Shown here: piece after piece, positions 1 to 8,371 of the stretch | How the letters are laid out: every line of letters begins with the position of its first letter | Numbering within the stretch: position 1 is the stretch's first letter | NCBI GenBank assembly: GCA_026418655.1 | Contig: JAOAAW010000063.1 | Location: forward strand, 9,835-73,834 | Reading direction: 5' to 3' | DNA: 64,000 bases | Source of the DNA: a bacterium | GTDB lineage: Bacteria > Ratteibacteria > UBA8468 > B48-G9 > DTJG01 | The notes under the pieces: generated by a model | Told to the model about the DNA's origin: nothing | Databases searched by the model: none | The model's input: only the letters and a program-made list of their open reading frames with translations | Made by a program: the position numbers and the translations under genes

Positions 1-797
1 ATCTTGATCAGATCAAAATATCCCTCAACAATTATTGAAAATCCAACAGTTTTTATTCTTTCCTTTGCCCAATTCAATCCATAGAAAAGACTGCCTTTCT
101 TAAACACATAATTCTCAGCAGTGTTAAGATACTTGGGTTGCTGCTGTTCATCAATAGCCCTTGCACCGAATCCCACAACATTGTCCCTATGGTCAAAAAT
201 TGGGATCATCACCCTGTGTTTGAATACATCCGTATACGTATTGTCTTTTTTTACAATCAGCCCTGCCTGTTCAAAATCTGAAATTTTTAATTTTTTTTCA
301 ATAATAAATTCTGTCAGTTTATTACCTGAAGGTGCATAACCAAGGCAAAAATGTTCTCGCTGGGATTGCCCGATACCACGCTTTTCAAGAAAATCAACGG
401 CATTGTTTCCTGAGTTTGATTCAAGTGATGAAGAAAAGAAGTCCTTTGCAACTCTGTTGGCTTCAATTATTTCTTTTTTTCTTTCATCATTTTCACTGTC
501 AAACTGGTGTAAAGAAATTTTGACACCTCCCATCTCAGCAGCAATCCTGACAGCTTCCCCAAAGCCAATGTTTTCCATTTTCATTAAAAAAGTGATTATG
601 TTTCCTCCAACACCACAGCCAAAACAATGGAAAATCTGTTTTTCTGAGCTGACAAAAAAAGAGGGTGTTTTCTCAGGGTGAAAAGGGCATAGTCCCTTAT
701 AACTTCTTCCTGATTTTTTCAGCTGCACATACTTTGAAATTACTTCAACTATATCTATTTTGTCAATTATCTCATCAATCTTTTCAGAAGGAATCAT
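1..797 (-). CDS. dnaG: DNA primase DnaG, N-terminal part (gene continues beyond the left window edge)
   Basis: Reverse-strand translation from the ATG at 797-795 gives MIPSEKIDEIIDKIDIVEVISKYVQLKKSGRSYKGLCPFHPEKTPSFFVS...HCFGCGVGGNIITF, the CHC2 zinc-finger signature of primase. It is followed by a TOPRIM-like segment (VEGYFD). It is open to position 1 and absent from the ORF track because it has no stop in the window. Confidence 0.8.
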   Translation of the reverse strand, partial: MIPSEKIDEIIDKIDIVEVISKYVQLKKSGRSYKGLCPFHPEKTPSFFVSSEKQIFHCFGCGVGGNIITFLMKMENIGFGEAVRIAAEMGGVKISLHQFDSENDERKKEIIEANRVAKDFFSSSLESNSGNNAVDFLEKRGIGQSQREHFCLGYAPSGNKLTEFIIEKKLKISDFEQAGLIVKKDNTYTDVFKHRVMIPIFDHRDNVVGFGARAIDEQQQPKYLNTAENYVFKKGSLFYGLNWAKERIKTVGFSIIVEGYFDLIK

Positions 798-937
798 AAT
801 AGGCCATACCCCCTACTTCCTTATTCTTTTTAGGAATTGTTTTTTCACCTGGTGTTAGTTATACCTGCGAGATGCCTGAGTGTCAAGATATGGACAAAAT
901 TATTTTTAGTTTTTTTAAGATAGGTTATAATTAATTT

Positions 938-1432
938 ATGCTCTTCAGAATAATCAGAACTATTATCGGAGCAGCGTTTCTCTTCCTCATAGGATACTAT
1001 TTTGGCTTGAAAGGAGTCAGGTTCTATCAGGTTATTTCTGAATCCATGCTTCCAACACTTGAAGTGGGAGACCGTTTGGTTGGTGAAAAAATTGGAAAAT
1101 TAAAATATGGAGACATAGTTGTCCTTGATGATCCTATGGAAAAAGAAAGTGTAATAATTAAACGCGTTGTTGGTCTTGAAGGAGACCTGATAGAAATAAG
1201 AAACGATGGGTATCTCTATAGAAACAGAGAAAAAATTGAAGAATCATACATTCTTGAAAAACCACAGTATGTTGTTACACCTGTAAAAATAGCACCGGGC
1301 AGAATTTATGTTCTTGGAGACAACAGGAATAATAGCGCTGATAGCAGCATTTGGGGACCTGTTTTGATTAATTCTGTGAGAGCCCGCATTCTATTAAGAT
1401 ACTGGCCAATTAAAAAATTCAAAATCTTCTAA
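938..1432 (+). CDS. lepB: signal peptidase I (S26 family)
   Basis: N-terminal TM helix, then the SMLPTL box (catalytic Ser) and the GDNRNNSADS box, in a protein of the expected size. Confidence 0.85.
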   Translation: MLFRIIRTIIGAAFLFLIGYYFGLKGVRFYQVISESMLPTLEVGDRLVGEKIGKLKYGDIVVLDDPMEKESVIIKRVVGLEGDLIEIRNDGYLYRNREKIEESYILEKPQYVVTPVKIAPGRIYVLGDNRNNSADSSIWGPVLINSVRARILLRYWPIKKFKIF

Positions 1433-1435
1433 AAA

Positions 1436-1462
1436 AGATACGGACCTGAATGGTCCGTATCT
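1436..1462. terminator. bidirectional intrinsic terminator hairpin between convergent lepB and hup
   Basis: Perfect inverted repeat AGATACGGACC-tgaa-GGTCCGTATCT just after the lepB stop, flanked by A-rich and T-rich runs on either strand. Confidence 0.5.
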
Positions 1463-1483
1463 AAAATAACTTAACAACATTAA

Positions 1484-1753
1484 TTACTTTACTGCAGCCT
1501 TCAATTCAGAACCGGGCTTAAACACTGGAACATTCTTGGCAGGAATCTTAATTGTTGCTCCGGTTCTTGGATTGCGACCTGTGCGTGCTTTTCTTTTTAC
1601 CACCTTAAATGTACCAAAACCAACCAAGGTAACCGGTTTTCCCTTCTTCAAAGATGCTTTTATGCTATTGATAACAGTTTCCACTGCTTCGGCTGCTTGC
1701 TTTTTTGTTATACCAACCTTTGCTACTGCTTCTATCAATTCTCCTTTATTCAT
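1484..1753 (-). CDS. hup: DNA-binding protein HU
   Basis: 89 aa, MNKGELIEAVAK...GFGTFKVVKRKARTGRNPRTGATIKIPAKNVPVFKPGSELK. This is the canonical HU/IHF arm motif. Confidence 0.9.
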   Translation of the reverse strand: MNKGELIEAVAKVGITKKQAAEAVETVINSIKASLKKGKPVTLVGFGTFKVVKRKARTGRNPRTGATIKIPAKNVPVFKPGSELKAAVK

Positions 1754-1863
1754 CCTGTTTCACCTCCTTTCAATTATTTTTTCATCAATATATCATTGGC
1801 TTTTCAACTTGTCAAGTGGCTCCTGCTATTGACTGGTAAAGGTTTTAGAATTATCGTAATTGT

Positions 1864-3255
1864 ATGAGCAAGGAAATACAACGACTTAGCGAACAGGTAC
1901 AAGAAGAAATCCGCAGTATTCCTTGTACCGGAGGAATTTTGCTTGCTGTATCAGGTGGACCCGATTCAATAGCGCTTGTAAATATAAGCGCTGAGAATTT
2001 ACAGATAAAAGAAAGAATGCATATTGCTTATATCCACCATGGGCTGCGAAAAAATGCTGACAAAGAGCTTCAGTTTGTAAGAAATCTCGCTAAAAAAATT
2101 GGAGTGCCTTTTCATTACAGAAAAATCAGGGTTAAAAAAACTAAAGGAATATCTCTGGAAGAACAGGCGCGCATTAAGAGATATGAAGCCCTTGTAGATA
2201 TAGCAAGAAAAACAAAATGCAAGGCAATTTTAACAGCCCATACAATGGACGATCAGGTTGAAACAGTATTACTTAATTTCATAACGGGTGCTGGCTTAAA
2301 AGGTCTTTGTGGCATGCAAACCGTGTCAGAAATAAATAAAAATGTATTGCTCATAAGACCTTTTCTTTCTATATCAAAAAAGCAAATTCTTTCCTATCTA
2401 AAAGAAAAAAATATTAAATTCATGTTGGATGAGAGCAATATTGACACAAAATTCAGAAGGAACTTTATTCGGCATAAAGTTTTACCACTGCTTGAAGAAA
2501 TTAACCCAGGTGTTAAGAAAAATATTTACAGAACATCGAAGATTCTATCGGATGATTTTGATTTTATCAATTCTGAGGTGGAAAGAACTGTGAAGAAGCT
2601 TGTTTCTAAAAACAAACTGTTTTTACAATTTCCTTTAAGAAAATTTTTAAAGATGCATACATGTCTGCAGAGATATTTTATAAGAAAACTGCTTATGGAA
2701 TTCTGTAATCTCTCATATCCAGCTGATTTTGAAACAATAGAAAAAATCAGGATATCTATTATAGATGGTAAAAAGATTTCTATTGATAAATTCAATATTT
2801 CAGTCGTGTGCACAAAAAATGAAGTAAGACTATTAAAAAATGGTATCTTTGAGAAATTGCTTGCTGGTAAAATATTTATAATCAATGTTCCGGGCATTAC
2901 GGAAATCAATGACCTGAACTGGAAAATTTCAACATCTTACAGGAAATTTTCAAAAAAATTTTTGCACAACAAAAACAGGCTTATTGCATATATAGATGCA
3001 GATAGAATAAAGGGTAAACTTGTATTGAAACAACCAGAAAAAAACTGTGTTTTTTCTCCCCTTGGAATGAAGAAAGAAGTAAAATTTAAGAAATACTGGA
3101 AAACACATAAAAAACAGATAGAACAATTTGTGGAATTTCCTTTTGTCATTGAAAATAATGGAAATATTGTCTGGGTTGTTGGCGGTCATATTTCGCAGGA
3201 TTATGCAATATCAAACAAAAGTCGTGTCCTTGAAATATCCGTAACCAAGCATTAG
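1864..3255 (+). CDS. tilS: tRNA(Ile)-lysidine synthetase
   Basis: PP-loop SGGPDSIAL near the N-terminus. The 460-aa length and domain order match TilS. Confidence 0.85.
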   Translation: MSKEIQRLSEQVQEEIRSIPCTGGILLAVSGGPDSIALVNISAENLQIKERMHIAYIHHGLRKNADKELQFVRNLAKKIGVPFHYRKIRVKKTKGISLEEQARIKRYEALVDIARKTKCKAILTAHTMDDQVETVLLNFITGAGLKGLCGMQTVSEINKNVLLIRPFLSISKKQILSYLKEKNIKFMLDESNIDTKFRRNFIRHKVLPLLEEINPGVKKNIYRTSKILSDDFDFINSEVERTVKKLVSKNKLFLQFPLRKFLKMHTCLQRYFIRKLLMEFCNLSYPADFETIEKIRISIIDGKKISIDKFNISVVCTKNEVRLLKNGIFEKLLAGKIFIINVPGITEINDLNWKISTSYRKFSKKFLHNKNRLIAYIDADRIKGKLVLKQPEKNCVFSPLGMKKEVKFKKYWKTHKKQIEQFVEFPFVIENNGNIVWVVGGHISQDYAISNKSRVLEISVTKH

Positions 3256-3308
3256 AATATAGCATCTTTTGAAAAGTTGTGATGAATAAGCAAAAAAAGG
3301 GGTAAAAA

Positions 3309-4433
3309 ATGCTGTACAGAAAGTTTGGTAATACACCATATCAAGTTTCCATTCTTGGATTTGGTGCAATGAGATTGCCATCACTTCCTGATGGAACGGT
3401 TGATTTTGATAGAGCTACAGAATTGATAAGATATGCAATTGAACACGGAGTAAATTTTATTGACTCCCACCATTTCTACCACAATGGCCAGAGTGAAGAA
3501 GCCATCGGACGGGCTATTAAAGGATTCCCGAGAGAAAGATTGATTCTTCAGACAAAAATAGGTATGTATAATAACTATACTGATGAACAGTGCTGGCATC
3601 TTCTTGAAACGGCATTAAAAAAGATGAATACAGATTATATTGATTTTTATTTAACCCACAGTTTGAACTGGGAATCTTATCTTAAATACAACAAACAATT
3701 TTTGAAATTCACGCAAAAAGCGCTTGACCAGAAATTAATACGCTATATAGGATTTTCTGTTCATGACTCTGTTGAAAACATGAAAAAAATTATCAATACC
3801 GGTGAATTTTCTACCATGACTGTGCAGTATAATCTTCTTTACAGAGAAAGTGAACAGGCTATAGCAGTTGCAAATGAAAAAGGAATGGGAGTGGTTGTGA
3901 TGGGTCCTGTGGGTGGTGGAACATTTGGAAACCCAGAAGAAGAGATAACAGAGTGGATAAGTTCCAGGGTTAACAGTACAGCCAGTTTAGCATTGCGTTT
4001 TGTACTATCAAATCCGAATGTCCATGTTGCAATCTCCGTAGTGAGTACACTTCAGCAGATAGCTGAAAATATTGAGACAGCAAGTAATTTTATCCCACTG
4101 GACAATAAAGATATTAAGAAAATTGATGAAATCGTTCAATCAAGAAAGGCACTTCTTAATCTCTATTGTACGGGTTGCAGGTATTGTATGCCATGTCCGC
4201 ATGGTGTGAATATTCCAGGAAACTTCCACTGGTATAATGTTGCAAATGTATACGGTGTGAAAAAAAGAGCATTGGAGAAATATTATTCAATGAAACAGGA
4301 AGAAAAGGCACACAGCTGTACAGAATGTGGAGAATGCGAACCAAAATGTCCACAAAAGATACCGATAAGAGGAAAACTTAAAGAAGTTGCAAAATACTTT
4401 GAAAAAAATGAAATTCAGCCAGGCAAGGATTAA
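3309..4433 (+). CDS. aldo/keto reductase with C-terminal 4Fe-4S ferredoxin-like domain
   Basis: The AKR N-terminus MLYRKFGNTPYQVSILGFGAMRL. The C-terminus has two Cys clusters, CTGCRYCMPCP and CTECGECEPKCP. Confidence 0.8.
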   Translation: MLYRKFGNTPYQVSILGFGAMRLPSLPDGTVDFDRATELIRYAIEHGVNFIDSHHFYHNGQSEEAIGRAIKGFPRERLILQTKIGMYNNYTDEQCWHLLETALKKMNTDYIDFYLTHSLNWESYLKYNKQFLKFTQKALDQKLIRYIGFSVHDSVENMKKIINTGEFSTMTVQYNLLYRESEQAIAVANEKGMGVVVMGPVGGGTFGNPEEEITEWISSRVNSTASLALRFVLSNPNVHVAISVVSTLQQIAENIETASNFIPLDNKDIKKIDEIVQSRKALLNLYCTGCRYCMPCPHGVNIPGNFHWYNVANVYGVKKRALEKYYSMKQEEKAHSCTECGECEPKCPQKIPIRGKLKEVAKYFEKNEIQPGKD

Positions 4434-4848
4434 GAGAGTTTTTATTGTAAGGCTGGAAGATAAAGAGAAACTTCCTGATACAATAGAATCTTTTGCAAAA
4501 AAATACAAAATACATCGTGGAATCTGCATAATGATTGGTGGAGTAGGTGGTGGAAAACTTGTTTCTGGACCAGAAAAATCAAATGTTTTTCCTGTTAATC
4601 CAATTTTAAGAAACATCACTGGAACAAGTGAAATTTTAGGAATTGGAACCATTTTCCCTGACAAAAATAACAACCCGAGACTTCATATGCATGCATCTAC
4701 AGGAAGAAAAAATAAAACCCTTGTCGGATGTATAAGACCAGGCATAAATGTATGGAAATTTATTGAATTTATTATTCTTGAGATTGTTGATTCGAAAGCG
4801 GTTCGCATAAAAGACAATAAGGCGGGCTTTTTAATTCTTGAACCATAA
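4408..4848 (+). CDS. PPC/DUF296-domain protein
   Basis: ORF of about 145 aa with the GGVGG...GIGTIFPD...LHMHA pattern typical of the PPC (DUF296) fold. Start placed at the internal Met MKFSQ rather than 4387 to limit overlap with the upstream gene. Both starts are possible. Confidence 0.5.
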   Translation: MKFSQARIKRVFIVRLEDKEKLPDTIESFAKKYKIHRGICIMIGGVGGGKLVSGPEKSNVFPVNPILRNITGTSEILGIGTIFPDKNNNPRLHMHASTGRKNKTLVGCIRPGINVWKFIEFIILEIVDSKAVRIKDNKAGFLILEP

Positions 4849-4851
4849 TTT

Positions 4852-6834
4852 ATGAGAAAAACATGCATTGTTATTTCATATAACATCTCAATTTCATCAA
4901 GCGCTATTAGAGTATTAAAGACCTATCTTGAAAGTGTTTCAGGAAATTTCGTCGATGTAATTTTCAGCGAAAAAGAACTTCCTAAGGATTGCAATCTTAT
5001 TATTATTGGAAACCCTGAGAGAAACAAAAGAATGGGAAAGTTTTGTGGTGCAAAATCTTTGAGGAATTTAAGAGAAGATGGATATCTCCTTCGAACACTG
5101 TCAGAAAAAAACAGATATATTGTACTTATCTGTGGAAAAACGGAAAAAGGTGACAAATACGCAATATATCATTTGATGAGAGAAATCAAAGTATCAGGGA
5201 AAAAAATAGCATTTCCACATCTCGATATCCGTATAAACCCTTTTATCAAAACAAGAGAAGTCGTTATGGGAGATGCCTGTCCATGGGACCCATTTTTTTA
5301 TGAAAATCAAATCAATGTCGATGAAAGAGCCGAAACATATGATACTATTTTCAATTCTGAGGCCTGCTATTTGAACTGTCCAGATAGATTTAGAAAAAAA
5401 TACGCAATGAAAAAAATTGTTGAAAAGTATTGTATAGAAAATTGGGAAAAAGTGACATTGCTTGATTATATCAACCAGATGGATTCTTTTGGATTCAATT
5501 CAATACAGTTTTATGATGAAGCAGAATCATACATGCATAGTGGCTGTCTCGTAAATCGTAGACAGCTTAGAGAAAAAATCATTTCAATGATGGACCAAAC
5601 AAGAAAAATTGGAAATCGTATTTCATTCACAATCTGGGGCGCATATGCATGGGTGCAGAACAACATAAGAGTTGTCTCTGACTGGGATGATCCCCTATGT
5701 GATGAAAAGGTTGTTTTCTCACCCGATTTCCAGATTAAAGATTCAAAGTGCTGGAACAGTGCTGAGGGAAGAAAAAAAATCCAGGCTCACTTAAATTATT
5801 TTACTGGATACATAAAATTAGTTGACCATATCATCAGTCATTTCTATGACCCTGGAGGTTGCAATCAGAATGGTTGCACCATTGGCACCTGCGTAAGAAT
5901 AATGAACTATCAGACAAGAAAATTCAGAAGAGTTAATCCAGACCTTCAGGCAAGTTTTAATCTCTGGCCACTAACTTCAAACCACGAAGGCTTCAGCAAA
6001 GATGAGGTTTATTCAAATCTTACAAGAACCTGGTCTAAAACATTTACCTGGTGGAATTTCACAAAGGTTGTTGACCTGCTCGACCCTGATATCATGATAG
6101 CAAACAGATGCTTTGATTATGAAATTGCTGAAATGTGTTCAAAATGGAAAAGAAAATATGGACTCTGGACATGGTACACTTCCGATCAGGAAATTACAGC
6201 TTCCCTTCATGTTGAAGCAGAGAGATTGGGAAGGGAATTCGGTCAATTACCTGAAGAAGCTGGTTCAATTTTAGAATATGTTTGTGTTCCATCAAACTGT
6301 CACGGATTGAATAGTGCGTCTATATACATTGCATCAAGATTGTTGTGGGAACCAAAAAGAAACCCGTTTGAAATATTAAAAGAATTCTGTAATTGTGTAT
6401 TCGGTCCAAAAATTTCGGATGCAATCTACAGCGGATATTATGCTATTGCAAGGATAAGAAATCGTGATATTAAAGGAGATAGTGCCTTTAATGATGCATA
6501 TCTTGGCGCAGGAACTCCGGATGTTGAAAAAGATATAGAATTATCAGGCGATGCCCTCTATAAACTCAATAAAATTTCTATAGATTCCTGCTGGATTCCT
6601 AAAATCCCTATCGTTATAGATAGAGAAATCATGCTGGAGGACCTCAGAGAACATGTAAAAATGATTCATCAGTATGCAAGATTCAGACAGGCCTATCTAA
6701 AACTTTCAAGAAAAGCAAGGATAACAGATTCAGACTGGAAAAAACTTCCTGCTGTTGAAAAGTTCAAAAACACAGGCGGAATGATTGAATGGAGGAAATG
6801 GCGGGATATTTTAAATTTAAGCCCTATGAAATAA
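4852..6834 (+). CDS. hypothetical protein, DUF4838/GH20b-like N-terminal domain (putative glycoside-hydrolase-like)
   Basis: 660-aa ORF. The N-terminal LIIIGNPERN...GYLLRT...IVLICGKTEKGDKYAIYHLMREI resembles the GH20b/GH67-N-like domain also seen in the 32458..34458 protein. No signal peptide. Confidence 0.4.
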   Translation: MRKTCIVISYNISISSSAIRVLKTYLESVSGNFVDVIFSEKELPKDCNLIIIGNPERNKRMGKFCGAKSLRNLREDGYLLRTLSEKNRYIVLICGKTEKGDKYAIYHLMREIKVSGKKIAFPHLDIRINPFIKTREVVMGDACPWDPFFYENQINVDERAETYDTIFNSEACYLNCPDRFRKKYAMKKIVEKYCIENWEKVTLLDYINQMDSFGFNSIQFYDEAESYMHSGCLVNRRQLREKIISMMDQTRKIGNRISFTIWGAYAWVQNNIRVVSDWDDPLCDEKVVFSPDFQIKDSKCWNSAEGRKKIQAHLNYFTGYIKLVDHIISHFYDPGGCNQNGCTIGTCVRIMNYQTRKFRRVNPDLQASFNLWPLTSNHEGFSKDEVYSNLTRTWSKTFTWWNFTKVVDLLDPDIMIANRCFDYEIAEMCSKWKRKYGLWTWYTSDQEITASLHVEAERLGREFGQLPEEAGSILEYVCVPSNCHGLNSASIYIASRLLWEPKRNPFEILKEFCNCVFGPKISDAIYSGYYAIARIRNRDIKGDSAFNDAYLGAGTPDVEKDIELSGDALYKLNKISIDSCWIPKIPIVIDREIMLEDLREHVKMIHQYARFRQAYLKLSRKARITDSDWKKLPAVEKFKNTGGMIEWRKWRDILNLSPMK

Positions 6835-7909
6835 GTTTGCTCACCATTTCAACCCTTTCAAAATCAGCATTCGGCGGAACATTATCACTCATTCCAAGAA
6901 TAAAAGAGCGCTTTGTTTTCAACGGAAGAATAACCTCATTGATGTATCTTATAAAATCCTGTTTTGTTCCACCCTCTTTACAGACAAGCACTGATGGAAT
7001 ACCACCCTGAAGCACAACTTTATTATCAAGGATATCAAGTGCTTCTTTTAAGGTAATCCTTGCCATTGGCGCGGTAACTATTGCTTCAACAACATCCAGA
7101 CCACAACCAGGAACAAGTGGCAGCAGATTTTCAGTTCTTCCGCACCAGTGACCTTCAAAGATTTTTCCTTTTTCTGAAAGTATCTTTTTACACTCCTGAT
7201 AATAGGGAATTGCATATTCTTTGAAAATCGGTGGAGTTATCATCACCCCATCCATATTGTCACCTGTTGCAATCACATCAGCATATCCATCTGCAAGAAT
7301 TTTAATTCCCTCAATGTATTTTTTGAAATAAGTGTCTAACAATTCATCAACTTCTTTCCTGTAATCAATCCATAGATAAAATGCATTCACATATCCTGCA
7401 TCAATCTTTGCAAATTGAATAAAAGGGACAGAAAAACAGCCATTTAGAACAATACCGTCATCGTCTGTCTCTTCAAGTGCTTTTAATGCTGGCTGGTAGT
7501 CGGGTTCATAATATGTTGCCTCTGCAATGTATTTCATTATCCTGATGTCATCTATTGTTTTTATGAAATGCTCAGAAAGATGTCTTGTGCGATGCTCTGT
7601 TTCTGTTTTTTTATGTATGCATCTGACTGAACCAAGCGGTGTCGTAATTTCAGTTATGGTTGTTTCATCAGTATCTATTTTTTTCGTTTTTATGCTGCTA
7701 TCACAACTTGCCTTTATTCCTGGCTGCCTGTTCCAGATATAGCCACCAATAGCCCTCACAATATCATTTCTGGTCATTCCCCTATATTTTTCTGGTAGAG
7801 TTCCCTCAGCAGTATTAACGTGGAGCCAGTAATCAAAATTCGGTGCCCACACAAGACAATCAACCGTTTCATTTTTCAAAGCCTTTAGAAATCTTTCTCT
7901 CTTTGTCAT
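6824..7909 (-). CDS. uroporphyrinogen-decarboxylase (URO-D)-like family protein
   Basis: 361 aa. MTKRERFLKALKNE... start and overall pattern of the URO-D-like TIM-barrel family. No other tetrapyrrole genes nearby. Confidence 0.55.
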   Translation of the reverse strand: MTKRERFLKALKNETVDCLVWAPNFDYWLHVNTAEGTLPEKYRGMTRNDIVRAIGGYIWNRQPGIKASCDSSIKTKKIDTDETTITEITTPLGSVRCIHKKTETEHRTRHLSEHFIKTIDDIRIMKYIAEATYYEPDYQPALKALEETDDDGIVLNGCFSVPFIQFAKIDAGYVNAFYLWIDYRKEVDELLDTYFKKYIEGIKILADGYADVIATGDNMDGVMITPPIFKEYAIPYYQECKKILSEKGKIFEGHWCGRTENLLPLVPGCGLDVVEAIVTAPMARITLKEALDILDNKVVLQGGIPSVLVCKEGGTKQDFIRYINEVILPLKTKRSFILGMSDNVPPNADFERVEMVSKLIS

Positions 7910-8000
7910 GTTTCACCTTTAATAATTTATGTTACTACAGGTAAAACCATTTTTCCAGATTTTTTATTTTGGTCTCTTTATTATTCCAACATCTATGGAC

Positions 8001-8028
8001 TTGCCAAAATTTCTTGGGGGGGTAAAAT
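8001..8028 (+). promoter_or_regulatory. putative sigma70-like promoter with G7 homopolymer in the spacer
   Basis: TTGCCA (8001-8006), a 16-nt spacer ending in GGGGGGG (8016-8022), then TAAAAT (8023-8028). This lies about 40 nt upstream of the ATG at 8069. Confidence 0.3.
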
Positions 8029-8068
8029 CAGGCTGGAAGAAGATTTTACCAATAAAAAAGGTGGAAAT

Positions 8069-8371
8069 ATGAAAATTTTTCCTGGGGTATTTCTGCTGAT
8101 AATAATCTTGATTTTTCCTGTGATGGCAAGTCAATATCAGGAAACATATGAAGGTAAAAATTTTCATATCCTCAATAATCAACAGATAGAAGTATGGATT
8201 TTTGGACCCACCAGTATGAGTGCAGAGGGTATGGGGTTAGGGCTGATGGCGCTGGTGCTGCCTGAAAACACCCAGGGTACATACACCTGGAGCATAATAC
8301 AGGGAGAAAATAAAGCAGAGATAACATGGCAATGGGGTTCATATGTCTATAGAACCAGAGGAAACAAGTGA
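8069..8371 (+). CDS. secreted protein, N-terminal fragment (signal peptide); probably the 5' part of one larger interrupted gene
   Basis: MKIFPGVFLLIIILIFPVMASQ signal peptide. The frame-2 ORF ends at 8371 and overlaps the 5' end of the frame-0 ORF that is open from 8325. Confidence 0.5.
   Translation: MKIFPGVFLLIIILIFPVMASQYQETYEGKNFHILNNQQIEVWIFGPTSMSAEGMGLGLMALVLPENTQGTYTWSIIQGENKAEITWQWGSYVYRTRGNK

Noticed and set aside
2526-3189. Several 70-127-aa minus-strand ORFs within tilS
   Set aside because: Antisense to tilS, whose PP-loop and length are convincing.
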